Shown: positions 1 to 10,796, counted from the stretch's first letter. The stretch: DNA of 64,000 nucleotides from Candidatus Kapaibacterium sp. (GCA_026390695.1 JAPLFL010000070.1:624-64623); one strand, 5' to 3'. The notes: generated by a model not told the origin, from the sequence alone. A program made the numbers and translations.

Positions 1-195
1 ACCATGAGCTGGAGATCCAATAGCATCCCTTTGTAATCCAGTCAAACGAGGCATTAAAAATCCGCGCAATACGGTTTTCAACTCTAATACTGACGAAGGA
101 TCAGGTATAGAATCAGTCTGATCGCTGATAATCACATTTTGTGAGTATAGCTTCATCCCCATTAACAATAAAATTATTAAAAAAACTTTTTTCAT
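1..195 (-). CDS. Secreted/surface protein, 5' part only (runs off the window edge)
   Basis: Manual translation from ATG at 195: MKKVFLIILLLMGMKLYSQNVIISDQTDSIPDPSSVLELKTVLRGFLMPRLTGLQRDAIGSPAHG. Signal peptide followed by the PxxSSxLEL...GFLxPRxTxxQRxAIxSPAxG motif common at the N-terminus of FCB-group surface proteins. Not in the ORF track. Confidence 0.85.
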   Translation of the reverse strand, partial: MKKVFLIILLLMGMKLYSQNVIISDQTDSIPDPSSVLELKTVLRGFLMPRLTGLQRDAIGSPAHG

Positions 196-390
196 TTATT
201 TATCCTCAATCAAATTCAATTTTTTTAATCCATAATAAAATAAACTCAAACTATCTTTAAGTTTCAACCCATAAAGCATCATACTAGTCATTTTCAAAAA
301 GTTAAATGTATATTCATCAACAAATGTAATTGCTAACGATTGATCGAAAAAAAATTTGTTCTTATTGGGCTTTATCTTCATAAAATTCAT
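196..390 (-). CDS. Possible small hypothetical protein
   Basis: 64-aa ORF whose TAA directly abuts the next ATG (TAAATG). No recognisable motif. Confidence 0.25.
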   Translation of the reverse strand: MNFMKIKPNKNKFFFDQSLAITFVDEYTFNFLKMTSMMLYGLKLKDSLSLFYYGLKKLNLIEDK

Positions 391-873
391 TATTTCCGTG
401 GTGTTTTAGTATTTAAAATTATATCAAAAGCAAAAATTATACCATCATTTATATTTAAATCTTTTCAATTATATTAATTTTTTATTTCTACCATTACTCA
501 ACAAGCAAAATTATATGTAAATATTCAATATTTAAATAGGTAAAATTACTTAAAAATTTCGATTTTTTTACAATATTTTTTCCTCTTTTTTTAAGAAATT
601 TTCTTAAAGTATATTATAAATAAATATATTAGCAATAGTAATCACCCGGAAGCCGCATCTACTGCGATATTCGAATTCAAAATATAATGACTTTTAAATA
701 ATTATAATTATTAAGATTCAATTATTTTTCTATCATTTTTAATAAATTCATCTTTGAAATTTAATTGCAAAGGTTTTAAAATAAATTATTACAAATTGAA
801 ATGATTTTTTTTCTTAAATTTGATGATAATAAATATTCAGATTTAATAAAAAAACAAACATAAAGGATACCGG

Positions 874-2178
874 ATGAAAAAAATAATATTAACTACAGCT
901 ATCTTATTTCTTTGTTTATTCAATTTTGTTTATTCAAATGGGCTCACACTTAATTCGATTGGGACAGCATCATTCGGAATGGGTGGTGCGTGTTTAGGTT
1001 TAGCAAATGACTATTCTGCTGCTTATTGGAATCCTGCAGGAATTGCCCAGCTTAATGAAACAGAAATAGCCTTATCTTTCAATACAAATAAACCCAATTC
1101 GACATATAAATTAAATATTTTTAGTGAATATGGCGAAGCTCTTCCCGGTGTCAATGCAACAAGTAAGTCGGCAATGTCTATCTCACCATCCATTAATTTT
1201 TTTATGCCATTCCTAAAAGGAAAATTAACCGCTGGAATAGGTATATTTAAACCCTCGAATATAATCACGGAGTGGGATGGCTCTGATATAAAAGAAATTT
1301 CAGGATCTAATGTATATAATTGGAAATCAAGTATTGGTGTTTATCAAATCAGTCCAACGGTTGCATATAATTATCACGACATTTTATTTATTGGTGCGGC
1401 ATTAAACCTTGATAAAGGATCCTGTGAACTTAATATGCCTTTGCCTTTCAAAAATAGTTTTTCCCAATATTCAGAAACAAGCAGTGGCTGGGGAACAGGA
1501 ATCACATTAGGAATTCTTTATAAACACAGTGAAATCTTATCTATTGGATTATCTTTTAAAACGAAAAATTCAATCAAATTCAGTGGTAGTGCTACTTTTG
1601 ATTCTCTCGCAACTCAGTCAAGCGGTTTTGATCGTGATATTGCTTGGCCAATGTGGTTCGGAGCTGGTTTTGCGTTTAATCCCGCCCCTGACATCACACT
1701 ATGTGCAGATGTACATTATAGCCAGTGGTCTAAAACTGAGAACAAATTGATTAGTAAATATAGTGAAACAGGTTGGGATTCAGTTACAGCATTGATGAAT
1801 CGCAAATTTGTACTAAATTGGCAAGATGCTTTGCAAATCAAAGTGGGTGTAGTTTATCAGGTAAATGAGAATATAACTGCAAGAATTGGATATTACAATG
1901 AACCTGCAACTGCACCTGAGAACACTGTAAATATTCTTTTCCCAAGTTTTTCTTATAATGCTTTTACAGCCGGTGGAAGTTATAAAATAGGGAATATCAA
2001 GTTTGAATTAGGAGCCGAATATCTTAGTGGTAAAGAAAGAACGAGCACTGACGCTTCTAATATTAAAACATTAGATTTGAAAGCATATAATGATAAAATT
2101 AATTTACCCGGCAATCAAACAAGTAGTGTCATAGGATTTAGTTTTGGTGTAACTTATCATATCAAAGCCAAACAATGA
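874..2178 (+). CDS. OmpP1/FadL family outer-membrane long-chain fatty acid transporter
   Basis: Signal peptide, GMGGA...DYSAAYWNPAG N-terminal motif, alternating beta-strands; AAGGA upstream. Confidence 0.9.
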   Translation: MKKIILTTAILFLCLFNFVYSNGLTLNSIGTASFGMGGACLGLANDYSAAYWNPAGIAQLNETEIALSFNTNKPNSTYKLNIFSEYGEALPGVNATSKSAMSISPSINFFMPFLKGKLTAGIGIFKPSNIITEWDGSDIKEISGSNVYNWKSSIGVYQISPTVAYNYHDILFIGAALNLDKGSCELNMPLPFKNSFSQYSETSSGWGTGITLGILYKHSEILSIGLSFKTKNSIKFSGSATFDSLATQSSGFDRDIAWPMWFGAGFAFNPAPDITLCADVHYSQWSKTENKLISKYSETGWDSVTALMNRKFVLNWQDALQIKVGVVYQVNENITARIGYYNEPATAPENTVNILFPSFSYNAFTAGGSYKIGNIKFELGAEYLSGKERTSTDASNIKTLDLKAYNDKINLPGNQTSSVIGFSFGVTYHIKAKQ

Positions 2179-2663
2179 GCAAAATTGATTTTCCTGTTAC
2201 AACAGCTATCAGAGCTCTGAGAGCAAATAACATCGAATTCACCCCCTTTTTTTATGAATATACGGAAAAAGGGGGAACTCATCAGACTTCTTTGGAACTT
2301 AACGTTGACGAATATACAGTGGTAAAAACTTTGGTAATGGAGTCTGAGAGCGAGCAATTTATTGTATTAATGCATGGGAATCTGGAAGTATCGACAAAGG
2401 AACTTGCAAGGCAGATTGATTGTAAGAGGATTGATTCTTGCAGTCAGGATACTGCTTTGAAGATTACAGGATATCAATTTGGCGGTACAAGCCCTTTTGG
2501 TATGCGAAAGTCTGTACAGGTCTATGCAGAGGATACAATTTTTAATCTTGATGAAATATATATTAACGGCGGTAAAAGAGGATTTATCATAAAAATTAAA
2601 TCTCAGGATTTAATGAAAGTATTGAAAATCATAAAAGTTAAAGCTGGAATCAACAAAAATTAA
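2175..2663 (+). CDS. ybaK: YbaK/EbsC aminoacyl-tRNA deacylase
   Basis: VVKTLV, TGYQFGGTSPFG and INGGKRG motifs; ATGA overlap with the upstream gene. Confidence 0.85.
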   Translation: MSKIDFPVTTAIRALRANNIEFTPFFYEYTEKGGTHQTSLELNVDEYTVVKTLVMESESEQFIVLMHGNLEVSTKELARQIDCKRIDSCSQDTALKITGYQFGGTSPFGMRKSVQVYAEDTIFNLDEIYINGGKRGFIIKIKSQDLMKVLKIIKVKAGINKN

Positions 2664-2700
2664 AATTTACAATTTATGTTAGTTAGTTAGTTAGATATAT

Positions 2701-3981
2701 TTAATTCTCCGAATAATCTAATTCTTTAGAATAGGTCTCATCCAACATAAATATTGATATGAATGCAAGTGATAAACAAATCAAGCCACAAAAGGCTCCT
2801 GATGTAATTACACCATTTGAAGGAATAAGATAGTAAAACAGAGATGTTGTGGGATAGACTAATCCCCTTACAAAATTTGGAATTGTAGATGCCGCTGTGG
2901 CTCTCAGATTTGTCCCGAATTGTTCGGCTGCCATAGTTACAAAAACAGCCCAATATCCCGCTGGCAATCCTGTTAAAGCACAAATAATATAAAATGAAGT
3001 CACGGAAAGTTCGGATTGTGATAAATAAACTGCGATCATCACTGTTAAAAAGCTGATGAATAAAATAACTACTTTTTTTCTGCTGTGTAAAATCTGACTG
3101 AGCATTCCACTTAAAATGTCTCCTGCTGTAGCCCCGATGTAATAAAACATGATAGCGTCTCCGCCATTTATTTTACCTGTAATCTTTAAAACCTTTGAAA
3201 ACTCCGGTGCAAAATTGATCAGCACACTTAAACTATACCAGATAGGCAGTCCGATTAGTATAGAGAATAAATATTTAAAAAATAGTTTTTTGTGTGTGAA
3301 AAAAGCGAAAAAATTTCCACGGGTAAAACTTGTAAAAAAAGAAATAAAATTAGATGTTTTTGACTGGGAGCCAGTCATAGTATTTCTACCCTGTTCTAAT
3401 TTATTAAACGTCCCCGATTCAAGGACGAATTTTTGAGTAAAAATTAGAGCTAATCCCAAAATTCCACCAATAATATATGCATATCGCCAGTTAAAATTTT
3501 TTGATACTAAATTTGCTGCTATTGAGCCGCTCACTCCGATTGATGCAACTAGCATAGTACCATATCCTCTGATATTTGTTGGTAATATTTCAAGTACTAA
3601 AGTAATGGCAATGCCCAGCTCACCTGCCAAACCAAGTCCTGCAAAAAATCTACATAAAAGATACTGGTCTATATTTTGAACAAATGCATTACAGATATTC
3701 GCCAATGAGTATAGAATTATTGAGCCGAATAAAATTTTAACTCGTCCTATTCTATCTCCAAGAACACCCCAAATTATTCCACCAATGAGCATACCTATCA
3801 TCTGATAGTTGATTATCATTACTCCATAATGAAATGCTTGATCTGTACTAAAACCTAATGAAGTTAAACTTGGAATTCTTACTATGCCGACCAGTATTAA
3901 ATCATACACATCGACAAAATAGCCTAATGCAGCAACTATGACAGTTATTGAGAATAGTGGTTTAAGACTTGGTTTGTTCAT
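2701..3981 (-). CDS. MFS transporter
   Basis: About 12 hydrophobic segments, GxLGDRIGR motif A; paralog of 31857..33095. Confidence 0.9.
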   Translation of the reverse strand: MNKPSLKPLFSITVIVAALGYFVDVYDLILVGIVRIPSLTSLGFSTDQAFHYGVMIINYQMIGMLIGGIIWGVLGDRIGRVKILFGSIILYSLANICNAFVQNIDQYLLCRFFAGLGLAGELGIAITLVLEILPTNIRGYGTMLVASIGVSGSIAANLVSKNFNWRYAYIIGGILGLALIFTQKFVLESGTFNKLEQGRNTMTGSQSKTSNFISFFTSFTRGNFFAFFTHKKLFFKYLFSILIGLPIWYSLSVLINFAPEFSKVLKITGKINGGDAIMFYYIGATAGDILSGMLSQILHSRKKVVILFISFLTVMIAVYLSQSELSVTSFYIICALTGLPAGYWAVFVTMAAEQFGTNLRATAASTIPNFVRGLVYPTTSLFYYLIPSNGVITSGAFCGLICLSLAFISIFMLDETYSKELDYSEN

Positions 3982-4021
3982 AAATGTTAAAAATTAATAA
4001 ATAAAAAGGATTTGATTTTGA

Positions 4022-4831
4022 TTACTTTTTATTAAATTCTATTGTTAAAAACCATCCGACCTTATTATATCCAAACAGATTAGCAACTAATTTCGCACAT
4101 AAACGGAATAATTTATTAAAACGGGTCATTTTGTCATAATATGTTAAAACGGGTTGAATTTTTAAATTTTCAATTGTATTCATTTTGAGCATTTGATGAA
4201 CTTCTTTTATTGTGTATGCTTTTGTTCCGATGCTTTCCATGTGATTCCACAGCACTTTGCTAAGACTCATCCATGGTTTTCCCTTAAGCAATGCATATTT
4301 AATCCAAAAGAAATAAGATAATAATGAATGTCGGTGATAGATCATTACTTTACAAGTACCACCGGGTTTACAAACGCGGATTATCTCTCTCATGGCTTTG
4401 GGAGTATCCGGTGTATGGTGAATCACACCCCAACTATAGACAATATCAAAAAAATTATCAGGGAAAGGGATATTTTCGCTATCTGCAACTTTTATTTCCT
4501 CCGCTTTTAATCCATAAAGTGATAATCTGTGATGTACGTGTTCGACTGCTTCTGGAGTTAAATCAATTCCATAAACTACTGCACCGGCTCGAGCCCACTG
4601 CAAGAAGTCTGTGCCTGCACCGACACCGACTTCGAGTAATTTTTTATCTCTGAAACGAGTAAACTGGGCGAATGAAAAAATTTCAGGTTCCTGCCTGTAT
4701 CTTAGGTCTTCAATATCTTCAAAATATTCTTTTGAATACTTCTCTTTATCAGTAAATTGGGTTCCGCAAGCCTGGTTATTCCAAAATTGCTGAACCTGCT
4801 GTTTCATTTCATTTTTAGTATCGGACATCAT
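4022..4831 (-). CDS. Class I SAM-dependent methyltransferase
   Basis: LLEVGVGAGTD motif I, GIDLT, FDIVYSWGVIHH, RVCKPGG. Confidence 0.9.
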   Translation of the reverse strand: MMSDTKNEMKQQVQQFWNNQACGTQFTDKEKYSKEYFEDIEDLRYRQEPEIFSFAQFTRFRDKKLLEVGVGAGTDFLQWARAGAVVYGIDLTPEAVEHVHHRLSLYGLKAEEIKVADSENIPFPDNFFDIVYSWGVIHHTPDTPKAMREIIRVCKPGGTCKVMIYHRHSLLSYFFWIKYALLKGKPWMSLSKVLWNHMESIGTKAYTIKEVHQMLKMNTIENLKIQPVLTYYDKMTRFNKLFRLCAKLVANLFGYNKVGWFLTIEFNKK

Positions 4832-4902
4832 TAAATAAAATTACAAATTTAAATTAAAATATTCAATCGAAAAAACTTTATTGAATTATGAGCATAAATT
4901 AT

Positions 4903-4910
4903 TAATTTTG
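4903..4910 (+). promoter_or_regulatory. Bacteroidota-type -7 promoter box (TAnnTTTG)
   Basis: TAATTTTG about 30 nt before the SLBB gene ATG. Similar boxes at 815-822 (+), 35342-35349 (+), 43533-43540 (+), 63635-63642 (+), 4844-4851 (-), 35301-35308 (-), 50760-50767 (-) and 59302-59309 (-). Confidence 0.5.
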
Positions 4911-4939
4911 TATATGAATTGATTCAATTTTGAGGATAC

Positions 4940-6580
4940 ATGATTAAAAATAAAAGATTACTTTTCTTGATTGCAGTTTTCTGCCAAATATTTATAATTC
5001 AACTTTTTGCAGAAGACAGTTTCATTTATTCTAAATTTACCGGTACATCCGAAAAATCATTAGATACTCTTGCGCTTGAGACTGCCCAAAAAAATATAAA
5101 AGAAAGCATCGGAATTCTCGAAAAAGAAGTGAATCCAAATCAATATTTAGTCGGGCCAAACGATATTTTTTCTTTATTGATTATTTCATCAAAACCAAGA
5201 AGTATTGAATTAACAGTTTCTCCTGAAGGTAAAATAGTTATCCCTGGCGTGGGAATGGTTAACGTTAAAGGCAAGACTTTGGCTCAGACAGATTCTATCA
5301 TAATTGAAAGAGTAAAACAAATCTATAAAACAGAAGAAATTTATGTTACCCTCAAAGAATTAAGAAAATTTAAAGTAACCATCAGTGGATCAGTACGTAA
5401 ACCATCGATAATTGAAGCTTCAGCAGCAGAACGAGTTTCCGAGCTAATTATTAAATCCGGTGGTTTTCTTGAGAATTCTTCATTAAGACATATTAAACTT
5501 ATTCGGGATTCCCAAATAATAAATGTGGATGTTCTCAAATTTTATTTGGCAGGAGACAAGGAAAGCAATCCTTTTGTTAATGGTGGTGATTTAATTATTG
5601 TTCCGAATATGGATAAAGAGAACCAAATTGAAATTGCCGGTGAGGTTGGTAAAAGCGGCTCGTATGAATATGTTCACGGTGATTCCCTTTCAACTTTAGT
5701 TAGATTTGGAAATGGTTTCACAGCTTTTGCTCTATTAGATTCTATTGAAATAATTCGAAAGGATCCCAGAGCTGAACCGAAACGTAAAGTTATTAATTTA
5801 GAATCCTGGCGCTTTTCATATTTGAATAATACTCAGCTACCAAATGATTTTCCTTTGGAACCGAATGACAGAGTTTTTATAAGAATTAATTCAGAAATGA
5901 AAAGCATAGATAAAGTCTGTATTAAAGGTGAAGTAAAGTATCCAGGCTATTATGCTCTTTATAAAAAAGATGAAAGAATCAACAGTTTAATTGAACGAGC
6001 CGGTGGTTTTACCGAATCAGCAAGTATCGAAAATATTATTTTCCTTCGTCAGAATGAATATAAAAAAATAGATATGGAAATGGATAGATTGTGGCGTACT
6101 CCTCAAATTGAGCGCTCTGTCTCTGAACAACAGTATTTTACAGCCAGAATAAGTGAACGACGCGGAGTATTATCAGTCAATTTTAAAAAATTAATTAAAG
6201 AGCCTAATTCAGTTGAGAACATAGTTTTATATGATAAAGATTCAATTTTCGTTCCTCTTAAAAATGAATTTATTAATGTTCAAGGTAGAGTTAATAGTCC
6301 AGGACTAATTACCTTTAGATCAAACTTAACTTATCAGGACTATATTAACCTCGCTGGTGGATATGGATACAGAGCAGATAAGGGTTCGGTATTGGTTGTA
6401 AAATCAAAAGGACAGCAATTTTTAGCTTCAAATAAAGATTATATCCTTGAACCTGGTGATAATATTCTGGTACCTTCGGAAAGAGAAGATACTTTTGAAA
6501 CTATTACAAAATATGCAACATTTGGCTCACAAATTGTGACTTTCTTATATGTTATTTATACAATGGTTAAATTAAGATAA
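4940..6580 (+). CDS. Polysaccharide export protein with multiple SLBB domains (Wza/KpsD-like)
   Basis: YLVGPND...VSPEGKIVIPGVG poly-export domain, repeated V.I.GEV..PG.Y SLBB motifs, C-terminal amphipathic helix. Confidence 0.88.
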   Translation: MIKNKRLLFLIAVFCQIFIIQLFAEDSFIYSKFTGTSEKSLDTLALETAQKNIKESIGILEKEVNPNQYLVGPNDIFSLLIISSKPRSIELTVSPEGKIVIPGVGMVNVKGKTLAQTDSIIIERVKQIYKTEEIYVTLKELRKFKVTISGSVRKPSIIEASAAERVSELIIKSGGFLENSSLRHIKLIRDSQIINVDVLKFYLAGDKESNPFVNGGDLIIVPNMDKENQIEIAGEVGKSGSYEYVHGDSLSTLVRFGNGFTAFALLDSIEIIRKDPRAEPKRKVINLESWRFSYLNNTQLPNDFPLEPNDRVFIRINSEMKSIDKVCIKGEVKYPGYYALYKKDERINSLIERAGGFTESASIENIIFLRQNEYKKIDMEMDRLWRTPQIERSVSEQQYFTARISERRGVLSVNFKKLIKEPNSVENIVLYDKDSIFVPLKNEFINVQGRVNSPGLITFRSNLTYQDYINLAGGYGYRADKGSVLVVKSKGQQFLASNKDYILEPGDNILVPSEREDTFETITKYATFGSQIVTFLYVIYTMVKLR

Positions 6581-6588
6581 GCTAAAGA

Positions 6589-7797
6589 ATGAAAGAAAAA
6601 TTTGAACCGGTAGAATTTTCTATCGGATATCTATGGACTATTATCTCAAACAATAGAAAATTATTTGTTTCTTGTTTATTGATTTCTTGGATCATTTTTA
6701 TTTGTTTCTACATACTGATTCCAAAATCATCAACTGCTTCAACTTCACTTTTGCCAACAAAACTTAATGAGAGCAACGGTGGATTAGCAGCATTTTTACA
6801 ATCAGCCGGCGGCTCTGGAATCGGCGCTCTCGTCGGAGGTAGCAAGAGTGAACAGAAAGAAATGTATGTCGATATTTTAGAAAGCAGAGCAAGCTCAGAA
6901 TTTGTTTTCAATAAACTCAATTTGAGAAAATCAACTTACTTTACCGATTATACGGATAACGAAATAATTGACATTATTCACAATAATACTAAAGCCGAGA
7001 TTCTTAAATCCGGTCTGATAAGTATTAATTTTACTTTTAAAACAAAAGTATTCCCAGTTAAAGCTGATAAAGATTCAGTGGCAGCATTTTCAAGTCTGGT
7101 ATCCAATACACTCGCTGAGGCACTTGATTATTATCTCAGAAACCGCTCCCTTAATATGACAAGAAAGTCTAAAAAATATATCGAGATTCAATTAATTGAT
7201 TACCGTCATGAACTGGATTCTATTGAATCATTTCTTATTGATTTCCAATCTAAAAATAAACTCATTTCAATCGAAGATCAATCAAAATCTTTAGTTTCAC
7301 AAGCTGTTGAAGCAGGTACTGCTTTAGCTAAAGCCAGTGTTGATTTAAATCTTGCCAAAATTGAATATGAACCGGGATCCGCTATTCTAAACTCTCTTGA
7401 AAATAATTTTAAAATATTGAAAGAACAGTTCGATGCCGTTCAAAAAGGTGGCGTTTATTCTAATGAATTTTCTTTGCCATTTAAAGATATTCCTACTATA
7501 ACAAGAAAATATTTAGATATTTACAGGGAAAGAAAAATCCTTGAGCAAGTACTGATTTATCTTGAGACTCAAAAACATCAAGAAGCCATTCAAGAAGCTA
7601 AGGATTTACCAGTTATTGAAATTTTAGATAAATCACTTGGGTACAATAATATTTCATCACCAAGGTTTATACCTTTTATTATTCTTGGAACGATGATTGT
7701 GATTTTATTATTGATTTTTTTCATCGTTAGCTATTCTTTTTATAAAGGTCATCTTATCATTAAATCTGCTAATGATGTGACTAAAGCTAATTTATAG
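6589..7797 (+). CDS. Polysaccharide chain-length determinant (Wzz/GumC-like, no kinase domain)
   Basis: N- and C-terminal TM helices around a coiled-coil periplasmic region, ILESR and ILD...SSPR motifs; follows the SLBB gene. Confidence 0.8.
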   Translation: MKEKFEPVEFSIGYLWTIISNNRKLFVSCLLISWIIFICFYILIPKSSTASTSLLPTKLNESNGGLAAFLQSAGGSGIGALVGGSKSEQKEMYVDILESRASSEFVFNKLNLRKSTYFTDYTDNEIIDIIHNNTKAEILKSGLISINFTFKTKVFPVKADKDSVAAFSSLVSNTLAEALDYYLRNRSLNMTRKSKKYIEIQLIDYRHELDSIESFLIDFQSKNKLISIEDQSKSLVSQAVEAGTALAKASVDLNLAKIEYEPGSAILNSLENNFKILKEQFDAVQKGGVYSNEFSLPFKDIPTITRKYLDIYRERKILEQVLIYLETQKHQEAIQEAKDLPVIEILDKSLGYNNISSPRFIPFIILGTMIVILLLIFFIVSYSFYKGHLIIKSANDVTKANL

Positions 7798-7815
7798 CCA
7801 TTAATGAATTCCTCT

Positions 7816-9864
7816 TTATCTGACAATTTTCACTTTTTCAGTTTGATGAAGAGTTTGTGTTTCTAATAAAATAATATACTCCCCATTTGGTATATCTTTT
7901 GTTGAAAGATTAAAGTTAAATTCGCCGAAAGTTTTCATATCTTGATTCATAATTAACTTCAACATTCTTCCACTCAGATCGTACAATGAAAGCCGTGTTT
8001 CGCATTTTTCTATAAGATTGCATTTAATAATAATCTCATCATTTCCGGGATTTGGGGAAACTGAAATTATACCTGTTTGCCCATCATTTGTCAGGATCAG
8101 CCTTGTTCCACCCTCTCGGCAAATACCGGTTAGTTTGAAAATTCCATTAAGTGTATCAATTGCAAAAGTATCACCGATTATTTTAACATCAGTCAGCCAC
8201 ATTCTTGTTTCTTCAGCATTACCCAAAGCCACAATAAAACAAATTTTAGCTAATTCCGATGAATCCAGTGGTAAATTAGAAAGTAAAATAGACCTGATGC
8301 CGTCTTTGACAGTACTTGCAGGATAATCAAGGGGATATAATATCGAAGAATTGAAATTCAAAGTTGCTGAAATACCGGTTGCTTTTGATTGAAGAATATT
8401 TTCTGCATTCATTAATTTAATAGGAATATTGATAATCGTCCCAGGATTGCCTTCAGCGGATCCAACAGCAAGCAGAGCACTAATTCTACCGTCAATTTTA
8501 CCATTGATTAAAACCTCACTCACTCGCCCACAAAGGTTATCGGTTATAATCACTTTTTCATCAATTTTACCAAAAAATTTAGAACCTTTGTAATGAATAT
8601 TTATTTTTCCTATTTCTCCAACCTGAAGAACTATTGAACTTGGTTTGACATCAATGTTGGATGTTGCGGATATTTTCCAAGACATAGCTGACTCGCCGCT
8701 ATTGGTCAAGGTAATTGTTGTATCTTTAGAAAAGTTTGTTCCGACGCTATCAAATTTAATAATCGTTGTATTTAACTGCTGAGAAACTTCTTCATTGTAA
8801 ATATTAAAATCAAAAGAATAGACTGAATCCGGATCGGCATTTGATTTGATATCCAAATATGCTGTATTTAAACCACCTTTTGTAGGTTTGAAAGTAATCG
8901 GTAAAATACGTGTTTCTTTGGGATGGAGTGTGAAAGGTGAAAATGCAGGTGCAAAGCCATAACTCGAGGCATCTGGACCGCCAATGTCACCGGATAAAAC
9001 ATTAATATCAAGATTATCAATATTGGTGATTTCGACGCTATCAGTCAATGTTTGAGAGCATTTAACCCTTAGGTTACCTGTAAAAACATTATTTACCTGA
9101 ATTGATTTTGCATAACCAACTCCATAAAGCTGAACAAGCGCAGGAGAGCCAAGACCATTATATTTCAAGGCAAGCATTGCCGATGAGCGTCCTACAGCTT
9201 TTGGTGCAAAACGAAGTGTGAATGCGGCACTTTGCCCACCTTTCAAAGTAAATACAGTGTCAACCGAACCGGATGATAAAGTAAAATCACCACTATAGCT
9301 ACGAAACTCGATTCCAGTAAAGTCAACTTGCGATAATCCTGTATTTTTAATTACTGCCGTGCAAACAGAATCTTTATATGTTCTTACCCGAACGGAATCG
9401 AAATTAATAATAGTAGCACTGACAGATAGAGTCTGGTCGATTCCTTCACCAATAATATTTTTTATCAATGTATCTGTCTGAGTAACTATTTTAATCAAAG
9501 ATTTATTATTCCCAACCGATGAAGGGAAAAAGAGGAACTCAGCACTAAGAATTGCACCGGGAGCTATAAAAACCGGAAATGAATTATTTAAAATTTTAAA
9601 GAAAGCAGCATCATTTCCTACAAAAAAAACAGTATCTATGCGAATAGGAAAAGTACTTGGATTGCTAATGAATGTTGTTATAATTGAATCTTTTGTTTTC
9701 CCCACAAGGCATTGCTTCATATCTATATCGTTCGATGTAGCCAGCGGAGCGACGATTGACCATACTGAGTCAGATTGATCAGACTGAGTTTGAGCATGAA
9801 GAAATATTTTATTTATCGCAATAATTGCAATAGACAAAGTTAGCCATTTTAAAATCTTTTTCAT
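7816..9864 (-). CDS. Secreted Ig-fold repeat protein (choice-of-anchor D/ASH-like) with cohesin-like segment and T9SS C-terminal domain
   Basis: Signal peptide; four ~110-aa repeats (F..V......I.N.G...F.P...G...A.L); C-terminal SPNP...LYDLSGR...GEYIIL...KVKIVR. Confidence 0.75.
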   Translation of the reverse strand: MKKILKWLTLSIAIIAINKIFLHAQTQSDQSDSVWSIVAPLATSNDIDMKQCLVGKTKDSIITTFISNPSTFPIRIDTVFFVGNDAAFFKILNNSFPVFIAPGAILSAEFLFFPSSVGNNKSLIKIVTQTDTLIKNIIGEGIDQTLSVSATIINFDSVRVRTYKDSVCTAVIKNTGLSQVDFTGIEFRSYSGDFTLSSGSVDTVFTLKGGQSAAFTLRFAPKAVGRSSAMLALKYNGLGSPALVQLYGVGYAKSIQVNNVFTGNLRVKCSQTLTDSVEITNIDNLDINVLSGDIGGPDASSYGFAPAFSPFTLHPKETRILPITFKPTKGGLNTAYLDIKSNADPDSVYSFDFNIYNEEVSQQLNTTIIKFDSVGTNFSKDTTITLTNSGESAMSWKISATSNIDVKPSSIVLQVGEIGKINIHYKGSKFFGKIDEKVIITDNLCGRVSEVLINGKIDGRISALLAVGSAEGNPGTIINIPIKLMNAENILQSKATGISATLNFNSSILYPLDYPASTVKDGIRSILLSNLPLDSSELAKICFIVALGNAEETRMWLTDVKIIGDTFAIDTLNGIFKLTGICREGGTRLILTNDGQTGIISVSPNPGNDEIIIKCNLIEKCETRLSLYDLSGRMLKLIMNQDMKTFGEFNFNLSTKDIPNGEYIILLETQTLHQTEKVKIVR

Positions 9865-9938
9865 TTTTTGCTCCTTTTATAAAATAAAATAAAAAAAATC
9901 AATCATAATTCCAAAAAAACATTGTTCTAATTTTTATT

Positions 9939-10123
9939 AGGCTGTTCAAAAAAATTATTTCCTGTCATTCCTGCGAATGCAGGATTCCCCTTAATTTTTA
10001 ATCTGTCATTCCTGCGAATGCAGGATTCCCCAATTGCGCCATGGAAGGGGATTCCCGCATTCGTGGGAATGACAGATACGTGAATATTTCGTGTTTTCAC
10101 ACAGTCTCGAATGCAGGAATCCC
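9939..10123. repeat. REP/dRS3-like palindrome cluster bounded by IS-like imperfect inverted ends
   Basis: CTGTCATTCCTGCGAATGCAGGATTCCCC at 9962-9990 and 10003-10031, inverted copy at 10047-10075, half unit at 10109-10123. Ends AGGCTGTTCAAAAA (9939) and TTTTCACACAGTCT (10094-10107). Confidence 0.8.
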
Positions 10124-10717
10124 TTTCGTACAATCTGTAAAATCAATTTCTACTTTTACATTCTTCATAAATTATTTCCAAACACCAATTAATTGATTTT
10201 AAATATATTACACACTTTTTTCAGCTATTTACGATTGCATACCACTGCATACTTATGACATCAAAATCAGATACAAACCTGATGTTCCTTTACTGCTGCT
10301 ACTGCTGATTTCCGGGTTTTTTGCATATTTTGCACTGCAAATGTAAAAATTCTACTTTTTTTGACCAATTTAATAAATTATTTTGCATGTCTTCTTAACC
10401 AATCTTACACATTTTTAACTTCATTTCTTTAAATAAAGAATTATTAATAAAAACACTATTACAAATTGTCTATTCTTCACAATTCATTCAAATAAATTGT
10501 TCACAAACGACACACGAAACAGTTTACAAAATAAATACAAATAAATTCGCATACATATAAAGATAATTTATTAATTCCATCACGAATCTGATTAAAATTT
10601 AATGTTTTTTCAAATTCGTTATATCTCCTTAATACAATAACACAAAAATAGTCAAAACATCTCCAAAAAAGTTTTTAATCATTTTTTTAATTGATAAAAT
10701 AACTTGACCTATTCTTA

Positions 10718-10734
10718 TGTCGTTTCCTACTCGA
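10718..10734. mobile_element. Solo degenerate end of the 121-bp MITE family
   Basis: TTA followed by TGTCGTTTCCTACTCGA, matching the MITE end TATCGTTTCCTACTTGA at 15/17. Confidence 0.5.
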
Positions 10735-10740
10735 TAACTA

Positions 10741-10773
10741 AAAAAAAAGCCCTGAAAAATCAGAGCTTTTTTT
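10741..10773 (-). terminator. Rho-independent terminator of the NlpC/P60 gene
   Basis: Minus strand: GCTCTGA-TTTT-TCAGGGC (one G-U pair) followed by a T run. Confidence 0.8.
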
Positions 10774-10796
10774 GAATAACTAAAGATAATAAAAGA

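Noticed and set aside
2242..2275. CCCCTTTTT/AAAAAGGGG hairpin as a terminator
   Set aside because: It lies inside the ybaK coding sequence and has no following U-tract; probably coincidental.
2679..2693. (GTTA)n tetranucleotide repeat as a phase-variation tract
   Set aside because: Only 3-4 units, located between convergent stop codons.
9962..10075. CRISPR array
   Set aside because: Only two direct 29-bp repeats 12 nt apart plus an inverted copy; spacers are too short and there are no cas genes. REP-like instead.
9927..10133. 68-aa ORF containing VIPTNAGI/PAFAGMT
   Set aside because: It is a translation of the palindromic repeats.
10201..10346. Short open frame or gene remnant in the intergenic region
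   Set aside because: No credible start codon or recognisable motif on either strand.
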